Both the position numbers and the translations under genes were made by a program. DNA of 39,188 bases from a virus, in the IMG/VR virus record IMGVR_UViG_3300028830_000027, positions 1 to 39,188 of that record. One strand, written 5' to 3'. The notes below the pieces were generated by a model that saw only the letters and a list, made by a program, of their open reading frames with translations, ran no database searches and was not told where the DNA came from. Positions 20,882 to 30,061 of the stretch are shown one piece after another (positions within the stretch are counted from its first letter, which is position 1; each line of letters opens with the position of its first letter).

Positions 20882-21289
20882 TTACTTCCCTACCTTTGCA
20901 ATATTCTCTTGGCCTCGAGTCCACGCGGCTACACCCAGCACCGCCATAATCATAATCCAGACTTCAGATGGCACCTCTATAGGGACGATCCCCACGGGTT
21001 TCAAGTACGGAAGGAGGATGTAGTTATTGACCAGCACACCACAGGCGGTATAGCCAAACAGCGGTCGCCAGCTCCATTGCATCCAGTGCTGAGAGCCCGC
21101 CTCAGCTCGCATGGTCTCATTGACCGCGGTGATGACCGTCTGCTGATACGCGACGGTGGCTTGCGCAATGGCGGCTTCCAGCTCGAGAACCTTCGTCGGG
21201 TCCGCTTTGAAGGCTGAGACAGCATCCTTGACCGCTTCCCCAAGACCCTTGACTGCGCCTTGCGCGGCATCTGAAAACGGATTCCACAT
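20882..21289 (-). CDS. Holin (3-TM, GTA-holin-like)
   Basis: An N-terminal amphipathic segment is followed by WSWRPLFGY and two or three hydrophobic helices. It sits in the lysis cluster. Confidence 0.65.
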   Translation of the reverse strand: MWNPFSDAAQGAVKGLGEAVKDAVSAFKADPTKVLELEAAIAQATVAYQQTVITAVNETMRAEAGSQHWMQWSWRPLFGYTACGVLVNNYILLPYLKPVGIVPIEVPSEVWIMIMAVLGVAAWTRGQENIAKVGK

Positions 21290-21301
21290 AACCGAAGTCC
21301 T

Positions 21302-21817
21302 TTACTGTACCGTCCAGAGAATAATTTCAGACGGCTCTGAGCGTTTGTCACTGGCAATCGACTGGACGTAGGCTTCGTACGTCGCACCCACTTGTACCGA
21401 CGCGAACACCACACGTAAGTCTGACCCGACTAGGACCGGGCCGAACCACGCCGATACCGTCCCACCTGCTGTAGGTACCTGACGCCAGAATACCACATAT
21501 TGTACAACCTGTCCTTCAAAATCAGGCACACGCGACCACGAGAGGGTGGTTCCAAACGGGACCGGGGTTCTAAAGGGTGAAGGACGGTCAGGGACCGGTT
21601 GTGGAGGCGGTGTTGCAGCCTCAATCAGCATACGGGTTTTGCCCCCAGGGTTCGGCCAGCTCTTCCCTGCAAAGGTCCCTGAGTGACACTCGTACACATT
21701 GAGCACGGTGTTATTATGACACCCGTATGAGTCCGTGGGGTACTTATGCGCGTCTGCTTCGACACACACCAGCACCGCCGCTAGTACTAGACCAGCGAGC
21801 TTACTGCCTGTACGCAT
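21302..21817 (-). CDS. Secreted protein: signal peptide, Cys/His-rich module, Pro-rich linker and FN3-like domain (171 aa)
   Basis: GGAGGA SD before ATG 21817. MRTGSKLAGLVLAAVLVCVEADA, then HKYPTDSYGCHNNTVLNVYECH, PPPQPVPDRPSP, and a beta-rich LSWSRVP...YEAYVQSI. Confidence 0.6.
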   Translation of the reverse strand: MRTGSKLAGLVLAAVLVCVEADAHKYPTDSYGCHNNTVLNVYECHSGTFAGKSWPNPGGKTRMLIEAATPPPQPVPDRPSPFRTPVPFGTTLSWSRVPDFEGQVVQYVVFWRQVPTAGGTVSAWFGPVLVGSDLRVVFASVQVGATYEAYVQSIASDKRSEPSEIILWTVQ

Positions 21818-21899
21818 AGATCCTCCGTACGTCGTCTTCGTCAAGTTCGTCGTTCTCCCACCATCCAAGCATTTCGTCAAGCCACCCCTTTTCCGGCAT
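21801..21899 (-). CDS. Possible tiny acidic peptide (32 aa; MPEKGWLDEMLGWWENDELDEDDVRRIYAYRQ)
   Basis: GGGAGGGA SD 3 nt upstream. Overlaps the next gene's start by 17 nt. Confidence 0.3.
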   Translation of the reverse strand: MPEKGWLDEMLGWWENDELDEDDVRRIYAYRQ

Positions 21900-21910
21900 A
21901 CGTCCCTCCC

Positions 21911-22105
21911 CTACGCGGTCGTTTTACTCGTATGTATACATTGCACCGTGTAATCAGTACCGGGGTACGTCTTTTGCAACGACTTGTACAACGCGTCGGC
22001 AGCTGGGGCACACTCTTTATACTCGTGGTACTTCGCGACTTGGTACGCAGGGTACTGTCCTTGCGGCGTTGTCACCAGAATGATGATAAAGAGGACCCAC
22101 ATCAT
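21911..22105 (-). CDS. Small N-terminally anchored membrane/periplasmic protein (64 aa)
   Basis: GAGGGGG SD before ATGATG at 22105. MMWVLFIIILVTT is followed by a soluble Cys-containing tail. The long listed ORF (to 22339) overlaps the endolysin. Confidence 0.55.
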   Translation of the reverse strand: MMWVLFIIILVTTPQGQYPAYQVAKYHEYKECAPAADALYKSLQKTYPGTDYTVQCIHTSKTTA

Positions 22106-22115
22106 GACCCCCTCG

Positions 22116-22430
22116 TTAGTACAGCCAGAGAACCGATTGCGGATGCGTCGGACTGGTGTCCATATGCACGAAGGTCTTGGCGACCCCGACCCGTGTGACA
22201 CCGTGCGCCAGGGCCCACGCGACAATTTTGAACCGGGTCGCACTGTCCGTGCACGCGATATCCACGGCGTACCCGAGTGTGTGCGCTGAGCCCTTGACAC
22301 CACCGACCGCCATATTCTTTGCGGGGTCTCGGTAGCCACTGGTCACAGTAATCTCAGTACCAAGATACGCTTCGAGCTTCTTCGCGACTTCAAGAATACA
22401 GGGTTTCAGCTTGTCCAAGTTACCTTTCAT
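22116..22430 (-). CDS. Endolysin, peptidase M15 (VanY/D-Ala-D-Ala carboxypeptidase-like)
   Basis: AAGGAG SD before ATG 22430. TSGYRDPAKNMAVGGVKGSAHTLGYAVDI and VHMD match the zinc-binding H/D/H layout of M15 peptidases. Confidence 0.8.
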   Translation of the reverse strand: MKGNLDKLKPCILEVAKKLEAYLGTEITVTSGYRDPAKNMAVGGVKGSAHTLGYAVDIACTDSATRFKIVAWALAHGVTRVGVAKTFVHMDTSPTHPQSVLWLY

Positions 22431-22557
22431 GATGCTCCTTCTGGTGTTGCCGGTCCAGGTACCACGCGAAGACAGCCGTACCGACTTCACCGATACACAC
22501 GACCGTGACAATAATCCCTAACGCAAGTAACGAATTAAGTACTAAGTCTTCTGTCAT
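22420..22557 (-). CDS. Small single-TM protein (45 aa) just upstream of the endolysin; holin/antiholin-like candidate
   Basis: TAATG stop-start overlap with the tail fibre gene. LLALGIIVTVVCIGEVGTAVFAW is followed by a charged tail. Confidence 0.45.
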   Translation of the reverse strand: MTEDLVLNSLLALGIIVTVVCIGEVGTAVFAWYLDRQHQKEHHER

Positions 22558-24245
22558 TAGTAGGTCTCCGCTTCCGCTAACCAGTGCAGCCCGTTCATTT
22601 GCTGTTCACTTGATCCTGTGGCGGACTCGAACGCCATACGAAAGCCCTGCTCGCCGACGATGCTTTGCGAGTTCACAGCCGTGTCAGCACCGAGGATGAC
22701 GTTTCGAACCAGCGCGTTTGTGGCAGACGGGTTGTATGTCGTGATGATGGGCACCGCTCGTTTCATGACTTTGAACGGAATGTACATATAGGTCCCGACG
22801 TTGCCTGGAACGCCCTGGATCTGCATGGAGCACGCCCCAATGTTCCCCGCGTTCTGTGCGGGTGCCACATTGTACGGGAAGGACTTTTCGCAGTACCGTA
22901 GACACCGCAGAAGGGTCTGTTCAAAGGGCTCAAATGTATAAGGGGTCGCTAGGTTCCCTGCTTCTAATTTCACGTTGGTCAAAAGGAATTGGTTCGCAAC
23001 CGTGTCCATGACATTCACCTGACCTGGGACACCTTGGAAATTGCCGTCTTGCCACACATTAGGCGTACCGATCAAACTGCTGCCAGTCAACAAACTGAAG
23101 ATGATATTAGCCCCGCCGCCGTCGGTGTAATTCCAAACACCGGTTGACGGTGACGCTGGAATGGAGACGGTTTTGTACTCCCACGTATCGGCGGCAATAA
23201 CCGTGAAGCCTGCGATAAAGCTCTTGGTTGCCGCGTTATTACTGACGGCTACCCCGTGCGTTCCGGTCTTTGACGACTTCACCCAGAAGGACAATGTTAA
23301 CGGACGTTGGGCAAGCTGTCGCCAGTTAAACCCTTCGATCTTTTGTACGATCTGGACAAACTCGGTTGCACCGATCGTATTGTCAAGTGTGGTGACAAGG
23401 ACCCGATGGCTGTAGTTAACAAGCATACCCGCTTGAGCCACCGTAGGCACGTCGGTGCTTCTGGATACCGTACAGACCGCCCCACTACTACCAATACTAA
23501 ATATCCAACGATCCGCAAAATAGCGAGACCCTGGGTCAGCAGACGAACGGTTCGGGAATGACGTACCCCGTTGCCATACGTCAAAGTTCCCGTTAATGAT
23601 GCTGTTTGGCACAGGTAACGAGATTGCCGTCCACGCAAGCCCGGTGCCCGCGACACTAGACGCACTCAGGACTTGGCCGTCTGTGCCGACAGGTAATCGA
23701 GCCGCAGCACTGCTAAAGGTGTACAGGTCGCCTTTTGTCGTGAGTGGACTTGTGACCGGCGACGTTTCAATGTTGTACAGGTCAAACCCGGTTCCGTCGT
23801 CCTTAATCTTGAGGCCCTTTCCGTAGTTCGCCGGGTCTGACACGTCAGGGAATAAGGACGTGGGGAGTGTAGAACTGACTGAGAGCTGAATCGACCGATC
23901 GAGGCCTTCCTGTATTTGCTGAATCGCCATCGTCGCAAGGTCAAAGTTTTTCTCGACCGTTTTCGCAGGGAACGCGCCGCCTGTGGCATACGTACTCAGT
24001 TGAGTCACCGGTACCACGCGTTTAATGGTCAGTTTCACGCCGGACGCAGGGGGAACCGCGAACGTGACAGTAGGAAGCGCCCCTTCGGGTGGAATAGAAC
24101 TCACAGTAAAACCGGTTAACGTGAGAATGTCGTCAAGGTAGACTTTCACGTGTTCCGTGTTGTAGGTCAGGTACGGGAACGAGAAGACTGTCGTAACACT
24201 ATCCCCGATATGCTGAATGGTATTTGAAGATGACGGTAAAGACAT
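22557..24245 (-). CDS. Tail fibre / receptor-binding protein
   Basis: The N-terminus (..IGDSVTTVFSFPYLTYNTEHVKVYLDD...FAVPPASGVKLTIKR) matches the conserved podoviral tail-fibre adaptor domain. The C-terminal region is long and beta-rich. Confidence 0.8.
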   Translation of the reverse strand: MSLPSSSNTIQHIGDSVTTVFSFPYLTYNTEHVKVYLDDILTLTGFTVSSIPPEGALPTVTFAVPPASGVKLTIKRVVPVTQLSTYATGGAFPAKTVEKNFDLATMAIQQIQEGLDRSIQLSVSSTLPTSLFPDVSDPANYGKGLKIKDDGTGFDLYNIETSPVTSPLTTKGDLYTFSSAAARLPVGTDGQVLSASSVAGTGLAWTAISLPVPNSIINGNFDVWQRGTSFPNRSSADPGSRYFADRWIFSIGSSGAVCTVSRSTDVPTVAQAGMLVNYSHRVLVTTLDNTIGATEFVQIVQKIEGFNWRQLAQRPLTLSFWVKSSKTGTHGVAVSNNAATKSFIAGFTVIAADTWEYKTVSIPASPSTGVWNYTDGGGANIIFSLLTGSSLIGTPNVWQDGNFQGVPGQVNVMDTVANQFLLTNVKLEAGNLATPYTFEPFEQTLLRCLRYCEKSFPYNVAPAQNAGNIGACSMQIQGVPGNVGTYMYIPFKVMKRAVPIITTYNPSATNALVRNVILGADTAVNSQSIVGEQGFRMAFESATGSSEQQMNGLHWLAEAETY

Positions 24246-24257
24246 AGTGTTTCCCTT

Positions 24258-27200
24258 CTATCGTACTATACTGAGTTCTGAGGCCCCCTGTCTAGGCTCG
24301 CGAATGCTTTGTTTGTACTGGTGCGCTCGAAGCAGGGGTTCACCGCTTTGTTCGGCTAACCAGGCTTTATTTCCGCGAGCTTGCGCCTTGCGGATCATAC
24401 TGGCAATGAGTTCCTTTTTGTACGGATCTTGTAGCGTTTTGTCAGTCATCACCTCGGCCACCTGGCCCGAGTCCGCGAGTTCCTTGACGGCTTTTCCTAC
24501 GTGGATCTGCCGGGATTCATACTCGGCATCCGTGAGGGGTTGGCCTTGGAACATACGGGTAGGACCGGAGATCGCAATGCCCAGCGTGTTCGCCGCGTCA
24601 AGGAACGGGTCCGCCGAGCCGGGCACATATCGGAGGTGCATATCGACCGGCACAGGTTCGCCGTAGAGGTCGCGCGAGGTGATGACGTTACCGCGTAAGT
24701 ATGGGATACGCGCCATGAATTTCTCAAGGGCCGAGTTCGCGTCCTTCAAGGTAGTATTGAAGAGTTGTTCATCAACTTTACGGAGCGATAAGGGAACCAA
24801 AGTCCCTGCGAACCTGCCGAGCTTATCCGCGAAGTTCTCAGCCGTGAACATGCGGGCCTGGTCACTCGCAAGGAATGAGAGCAACGTGGTGCTGTCTCGG
24901 AGGAAGCTGTAGTTCAACAAGCCGTTCACACTGGCTAACGCGAGGTTCATGCCTTCGTCTAGGGTCGCATTATCTTGTTCTGCCAAGTTGAACAACGCGG
25001 CTACGTTGGTACTCATGCGGAGAAAGTTCCCCATCACGCCGAGGTCGTCAAACTTGACATGTGAGCCGTCCGCGACTGTGATGCTGTAAGGTTCAAAACC
25101 GCGTGCTTGAAGTTGTTTTTTGAGTGTCGGGTTCGAGGGCGCGGCACCATTGAGCACGCCGTTCATGGTGAGCCCGACACCGCCAGCCACCAACGACGCC
25201 CCCACCATTGCGCGGGCATGGGCGAGTTGACGTTCAGCGGGATCGGTGGCCTTGAGGCTCTCCTTGAAGCGGTGCGTGAGGAGGTGAAGGCCGGGGGAGT
25301 ACTCGATTGTGCGCGTCGCACTGTTGGCGAGTGTACGGAAGAACGGTTGAACCATGACGCGAGCGACAGGCCCCCCTTTGTCTACCAACTCCTGCAAGCT
25401 CTGACCAGTCGGCCCGAGGTCATTGTTGAACGTGAAGTAGTCGGCGAAGTCGTTACCTTGCTTTTCGATATCACTCGCAGGGTTCGTGAGGTACTCTTCA
25501 ACCTTAGCTGAAAGGTTCTTCTTGAATTGAGCGGTGGTGTGGCCGAGCCGCACTTGTTCCTCGTAGGCGTCACGGTAGGCCTTGGCGTAGGTCGCGCCCC
25601 GTTTCGCCATCAACGCAATGAATTGGTCTCCGGCTAGCAAGAGCCGGGTAGTCGATCCGGTCGCTTGCCCGATGAAATCCACGCCCTTATTCAGCCAACT
25701 GGCGGGATCACTTAATAAGCGGCTTGAGCTTGGCGTGACCGCGTTCGGAATTGTACGCGCGTTCAACGCGTGTTCAATCGGAAGTTGGTTAGCAGCGGTC
25801 CCGACCTCACGTTGACCTGTGCGAGCCACGCGACCTGCCACACCCAACGCTTCCCACATAGACGCCATCGCACCGTAGACCGCCGCATTTGCCTCACCTG
25901 GGGCGATGGAGCCCGGTGCGGGGGTTTTACCAGCGAACTGCTTGAGCGCGGTGTAGCGGCCAGCTCCGAGCCTTGCCGCGTACTCTAACGGGGCCATCGT
26001 GAGCGTGGTACCCAAGTTGACCAACGAGGACCCGTAGTTAATCATTTGGTTAATGGTGTACCATTGGAACGCTTCACCCATCGTGGCACCCTTCGGGGCC
26101 TGGGGAAACGCGTCTTGCTGAGTCCCTTGCACCGAAGACCGCTTTGTTTTGGCCTTCGGGTCAACTGGCCTGAACTCCTGGGGGAACGCGTGTTGTTGAA
26201 TACCGGACATACTCGTTCGCTGTGGAGGTGCGGTGTCAGGAGTCGGGAACTCCTGGGGAAATAGTTGCTCTTGAGTCCCTTTCACAGCGGTACGCTGTGG
26301 AGGCGCTGGAATGTCAACATGCTTCGCAGTCTGTGCCAGAATGTTCGCCACTTGGCCGGGTGTCGCGTCCGGTACAAGCGTCAAGGTATCGAGAACCATT
26401 TCAGGGGTGACAGGCCGTCCAATGTTCCCAGGCTGCACCAAGGCCTTCAATCGCTCGAAGGACTGAGCGAAGGGTTCACTTGGGCCAGACGCGGCGGTGT
26501 CGAGTTGACCGAGGAGTTTGCTGAGATGGGTCTGCGTCGCGGCGGCATCCTTTGCTGCCACAGCCTCTTGTATGTCACGAATGGAGGACGCGAGATCCGG
26601 TACCATTGCAGCGTCGTTAGTCAGCTTACCCGCGAGGTCCATCGGTTCGTGTGCGGTGAGCACAGGTAACGCGGTGTCAGGGTTCTTCAGGAGGTCTTGC
26701 GGGGTCTTGAGGGCCTTCAACGTGTCACTGATCGCGTTCATCTGGGCAACTTGCACCGCTTGCTTGGCCGTCTTGCCCTCAGCTACCAAGGCCTTCAAGC
26801 CAGCTTTCTCTGCGTCACTCAAGGCATGGGTAGCGGGGGTGAACACGTGAGCCGGTAATGTAGACTTTCCGGCTCGCATGGCACCCTCAAGGCGACCGTT
26901 GCCCGAGAGTACCGTGAAGGAGCCATCAGGATTCGCTTGGACAACGATGTTGTCTGCACCTTCACCAGCCTTGAACGCCGCTTCATGCTTGGCTGCCGAC
27001 TCCTGGCCTTTCGCGGTGTCAAGCGCGTGCCCTGGCTTCGTTCGTGACAGCGGTACCATCGTCGTACCGGCTTCCTGTAACGTCGGGTCGGCACGGAACA
27101 GATCTAACGCGCGGTCAGGTCGGTCTGGTATCGCTTCGTTAAACTTTGCGAACGTGCCCGCGTCAGTCGAACCGGTCAACGCTTTCTCTAACACAGCATT

Positions 27201-28253
27201 CATTTGATCTGGGGGAGCTGCGTTGATGTCCTTGGCAAGGGCCTGTAAACTTGGTGATAACCGCTCTTTCAAGAATGTTTTACTGTCGGCGAATGACTTC
27301 GACCAAGCGTTGATGCGGGCCTCGATCGGGGCGTCAGGGGGTAACGCTTGGAGTCGCTGTAACGCCTTCATACCCGCCTTCACGCCGTTCAATGTCACTT
27401 TCTCGGTCGACAACTGAGCCATCGCAGACTGCCGTGCACCACTCATCAAGTGGGGGGTATCGAGTATAGCGGTATACTGTTTCAGGGCTTCCTGTGTCAG
27501 TGCGGGGCTCTTAGTGGCCTTGGCTTCTTGCGCGAGGCCTTGGAAGTGCTTGACGTTGCTGGTCATTGCAGTCGCGACCGCCGCTTTTGCGACAGGGGGC
27601 GCGTCTTTCTGACCGGTCAATACGGCCGCGTCGTCAGGGGTCACACCACCTTTCTTCACATCGGCAGCGGACGCTGCTAGCACGGCCTCTGCATCTTGCC
27701 CGGTCTTCGGGGCACTATGAACCGCTGACTGGATATCTTGCGCGACGGTCTCAGGCGCTTTACTAAAGGGGTGTTCAAGGGGGCCTTTACCGGCCACCTT
27801 CTGAATCGCTTTGATAGGGAGCTTCATGGCGGCACCGAGCACCGGCACCATAGCGAAGGCCGTCGCGATCGCACCAAGGCCTGTGTTTGATGACGCAAGT
27901 TCTTCTTCCGGTAAGCCTGTCACAAGACTAGTATACTGGCGGGTGAAGTCAAGACCTTCCTTGTCAGGTACCCCTAGCCCCGCCGCTTGCATCCCTTTGA
28001 GAAGCCCTTTCGCGCCTACTTCGGTCGCGGCGGCACCTGTCTCAGCCACCGCACGAATACCGGACGCAATGGGAGGCGCGGGGTCAACAGAGCCTACCGT
28101 GCGGTCGAGAAGGTTCTTAAACGCGGTACCCACCACGCCACGCTCAGGGCCTACCGGCTTCTCCTCGATAGGAGGCAAGCCGAACTTCTCTCGCGCGGAT
28201 GCTACTTGAGCTTGGTCAATACTTTCCTTGGCATAGATACTGAGGTCGTCCAT
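24258..28253 (-). CDS. Very large virion/ejection ('polyvalent') protein with an embedded ParB-like domain (1331 aa)
   Basis: Sits in the internal-protein block between the core proteins and the tail fibre. Residues ~395-475 read ..VPLSRTKPGH...NIVVQANPDGSFTVLSGNGRLEGAMRAGKSTLPAHV. Three peptide repeats lie at residues ~650-722. Confidence 0.75.
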   Translation of the reverse strand: MDDLSIYAKESIDQAQVASAREKFGLPPIEEKPVGPERGVVGTAFKNLLDRTVGSVDPAPPIASGIRAVAETGAAATEVGAKGLLKGMQAAGLGVPDKEGLDFTRQYTSLVTGLPEEELASSNTGLGAIATAFAMVPVLGAAMKLPIKAIQKVAGKGPLEHPFSKAPETVAQDIQSAVHSAPKTGQDAEAVLAASAADVKKGGVTPDDAAVLTGQKDAPPVAKAAVATAMTSNVKHFQGLAQEAKATKSPALTQEALKQYTAILDTPHLMSGARQSAMAQLSTEKVTLNGVKAGMKALQRLQALPPDAPIEARINAWSKSFADSKTFLKERLSPSLQALAKDINAAPPDQMNAVLEKALTGSTDAGTFAKFNEAIPDRPDRALDLFRADPTLQEAGTTMVPLSRTKPGHALDTAKGQESAAKHEAAFKAGEGADNIVVQANPDGSFTVLSGNGRLEGAMRAGKSTLPAHVFTPATHALSDAEKAGLKALVAEGKTAKQAVQVAQMNAISDTLKALKTPQDLLKNPDTALPVLTAHEPMDLAGKLTNDAAMVPDLASSIRDIQEAVAAKDAAATQTHLSKLLGQLDTAASGPSEPFAQSFERLKALVQPGNIGRPVTPEMVLDTLTLVPDATPGQVANILAQTAKHVDIPAPPQRTAVKGTQEQLFPQEFPTPDTAPPQRTSMSGIQQHAFPQEFRPVDPKAKTKRSSVQGTQQDAFPQAPKGATMGEAFQWYTINQMINYGSSLVNLGTTLTMAPLEYAARLGAGRYTALKQFAGKTPAPGSIAPGEANAAVYGAMASMWEALGVAGRVARTGQREVGTAANQLPIEHALNARTIPNAVTPSSSRLLSDPASWLNKGVDFIGQATGSTTRLLLAGDQFIALMAKRGATYAKAYRDAYEEQVRLGHTTAQFKKNLSAKVEEYLTNPASDIEKQGNDFADYFTFNNDLGPTGQSLQELVDKGGPVARVMVQPFFRTLANSATRTIEYSPGLHLLTHRFKESLKATDPAERQLAHARAMVGASLVAGGVGLTMNGVLNGAAPSNPTLKKQLQARGFEPYSITVADGSHVKFDDLGVMGNFLRMSTNVAALFNLAEQDNATLDEGMNLALASVNGLLNYSFLRDSTTLLSFLASDQARMFTAENFADKLGRFAGTLVPLSLRKVDEQLFNTTLKDANSALEKFMARIPYLRGNVITSRDLYGEPVPVDMHLRYVPGSADPFLDAANTLGIAISGPTRMFQGQPLTDAEYESRQIHVGKAVKELADSGQVAEVMTDKTLQDPYKKELIASMIRKAQARGNKAWLAEQSGEPLLRAHQYKQSIREPRQGASELSIVR

Positions 28254-28262
28254 AGTGGTAGG

Positions 28263-30038
28263 CTACTCCTCTAAGTTATCACCCGATAATTCAAGCGTAG
28301 GACCGAACGAGAACGGTTGTAGTTGTCCGACCGCGGAAGGGGGGACATCAGACAACGGGGTCTTGCTTACTGGTGCATCCTTAGACTGTAGTTTACCCTG
28401 TTTATCAAGTGTAAATCCAGCCGCATTTGCGCGGTCTTCAAGCGTGGCGAGAGCCTTCAGGCGCTTGTTTGCTTCTTGGATAGATACCTTTCCTTCACCG
28501 GCGGCTTTCCAGAGATCCTGAGCGTTCTTATACGGTTGTGTGTTCATCTCGAGCTGAATCGCGTGCTTAGTGGCGGGAACCACGCGCGCGTAGGCTTGCT
28601 CTGTCATCTCCGTAAGCTTCTTGAAGATATCTTGTTTCGGTAAGGTACCCCGCTTCCGTTGTTCCATGTACCAGTCAAGGGCCTGACCTTTGATCGCGGC
28701 GACCGCTTGACGGTTCTCGGCCGCACCGAACTGTGTAAAGGTTGCCAGGCGTCCATCCATGTACTGAAGGCCCCGTTGAAGGTCTTGCTGTTGTACACGA
28801 TCTTCTTGGCTGGCTGCTGTTCGTGTCTCCTGAATCAAATGAGACATATCAGAGATCGACAACTTGGACGAACTGTTAATGATGTCCGTGGGGTCCGTCA
28901 GGTCTCCCACTAACACGCGACTGAGGAGCGCGTTGTACGTCGGTCGGTCTGTAGCAACGTCGTTCCCTTCTTTCGTCATGAGCCGAGCGAAGTCTACGGC
29001 GGCTCTGTAGTGTGACCCGAACACACGCTGGTTCTCAGGGTCCGTGATGAATGTGAGCCCCTTCGTCGGCGACCATCGTTTCTTCGGATCAGGGTTCGTC
29101 ATGTCACCGAGGAACTTATTATAGGAACCCTCGGACAACTGCTTATGGTCTCGGTCATCTTGTTGCACGCGCTCGCTGTCTTGTGTTCGTTCTTCCGCCA
29201 TGACACTCTTCGCGGTTTCCAGTAAGGCGTTCTGCACGTCAGGCCGAGTGAGATACTGTTGGTACCGCTTGTCACTCAGTTCACCCGGTAGTGCCGAGGA
29301 CTTCCCGCGTACGTAGTCAAAGAAACCATGTGGGTCTCGCATCACTGAGGCCTTTGCCCGCCCGATGTACACGTCGTCGCGTACCTTATTCATAGCGGTG
29401 GTAGCCGCGCCTGGGGTCACTCCATCCAACACGTTCATACTAAAGGACGAGAACACCGCTTTCAGGTGGGTCTCGGCATCGTTCAAGGACGGCGCACTGA
29501 GCGCATTCGCCTTGAAATCCTCCACTTGCTTCTCACGGGTGAACACTTGGAAGTCCTGTTGGGCTTTCAACTTTCCACGTACGTACTGGTGATAGCCTTC
29601 CCCTGCGACCGTCGAGCGGAAGGCCGTCGCAAAGTACGCGTCAGCATGTGGTCCAAGCTTCTTCGCTTCTTTTGAGAAATCCGTGTACGCCTGGTTGATC
29701 CCCTCGGTATACTTATTGACCGCTTCGTTCGGTGTGATGGCCGGTCGAGGGCGGCCTTGGTCATCAGGTGTCGGAGCCGTCATCTCCTGGTCAAGGGACT
29801 GTTGAAGCTGTTGCGCGTGCTGTTGCGCTTTGATGACAAGTTCCTTCGCACCGAGTTCTTCTTGGAACTTCTGTTGACGTAAGTTGTCTCGTTGCACGGC
29901 GACGTAGGCCGCTTGAGCCGACTGTGACAAGTGGTCAAATGCGGGGCCGAGGCCAAGTGAACCCACAGCCGGGTTCACAGGCTGTATCCCCTGATCGGCT
30001 AACGGACGCTGACTGATGAAGGTATCGAGTTGCGGCAT
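28263..30038 (-). CDS. Internal virion (core/ejection) protein, 591 aa
   Basis: GAGGAG SD. Long Gln/Glu/Lys-rich helical sequence. Its position after the small core protein follows T7-like gene order. Confidence 0.6.
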   Translation of the reverse strand: MPQLDTFISQRPLADQGIQPVNPAVGSLGLGPAFDHLSQSAQAAYVAVQRDNLRQQKFQEELGAKELVIKAQQHAQQLQQSLDQEMTAPTPDDQGRPRPAITPNEAVNKYTEGINQAYTDFSKEAKKLGPHADAYFATAFRSTVAGEGYHQYVRGKLKAQQDFQVFTREKQVEDFKANALSAPSLNDAETHLKAVFSSFSMNVLDGVTPGAATTAMNKVRDDVYIGRAKASVMRDPHGFFDYVRGKSSALPGELSDKRYQQYLTRPDVQNALLETAKSVMAEERTQDSERVQQDDRDHKQLSEGSYNKFLGDMTNPDPKKRWSPTKGLTFITDPENQRVFGSHYRAAVDFARLMTKEGNDVATDRPTYNALLSRVLVGDLTDPTDIINSSSKLSISDMSHLIQETRTAASQEDRVQQQDLQRGLQYMDGRLATFTQFGAAENRQAVAAIKGQALDWYMEQRKRGTLPKQDIFKKLTEMTEQAYARVVPATKHAIQLEMNTQPYKNAQDLWKAAGEGKVSIQEANKRLKALATLEDRANAAGFTLDKQGKLQSKDAPVSKTPLSDVPPSAVGQLQPFSFGPTLELSGDNLEE

Positions 30039-30061
30039 GTCTTGCTCCTCTAAGTCGTACG

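Noticed and set aside
22106-22511. Long N-terminal extensions of ORFs 21911..22339 and 22116..22511
   Set aside because: The extensions overlap neighbouring genes and are Arg/Ser-rich. Internal ATGs at 22105 and 22430 have strong SDs and give compact, sensible proteins.
22557-24245. Diversity-generating retroelement or integrase/lysogeny module, suggested by the BPP-1-like Bbp19/scaffold/capsid arrangement
   Set aside because: There is no reverse-transcriptase-like ORF (no YxDD-containing candidate). I noticed no template/variable repeat pair matching the tail-fibre 3' end, and no integrase or repressor-like gene in either arm.
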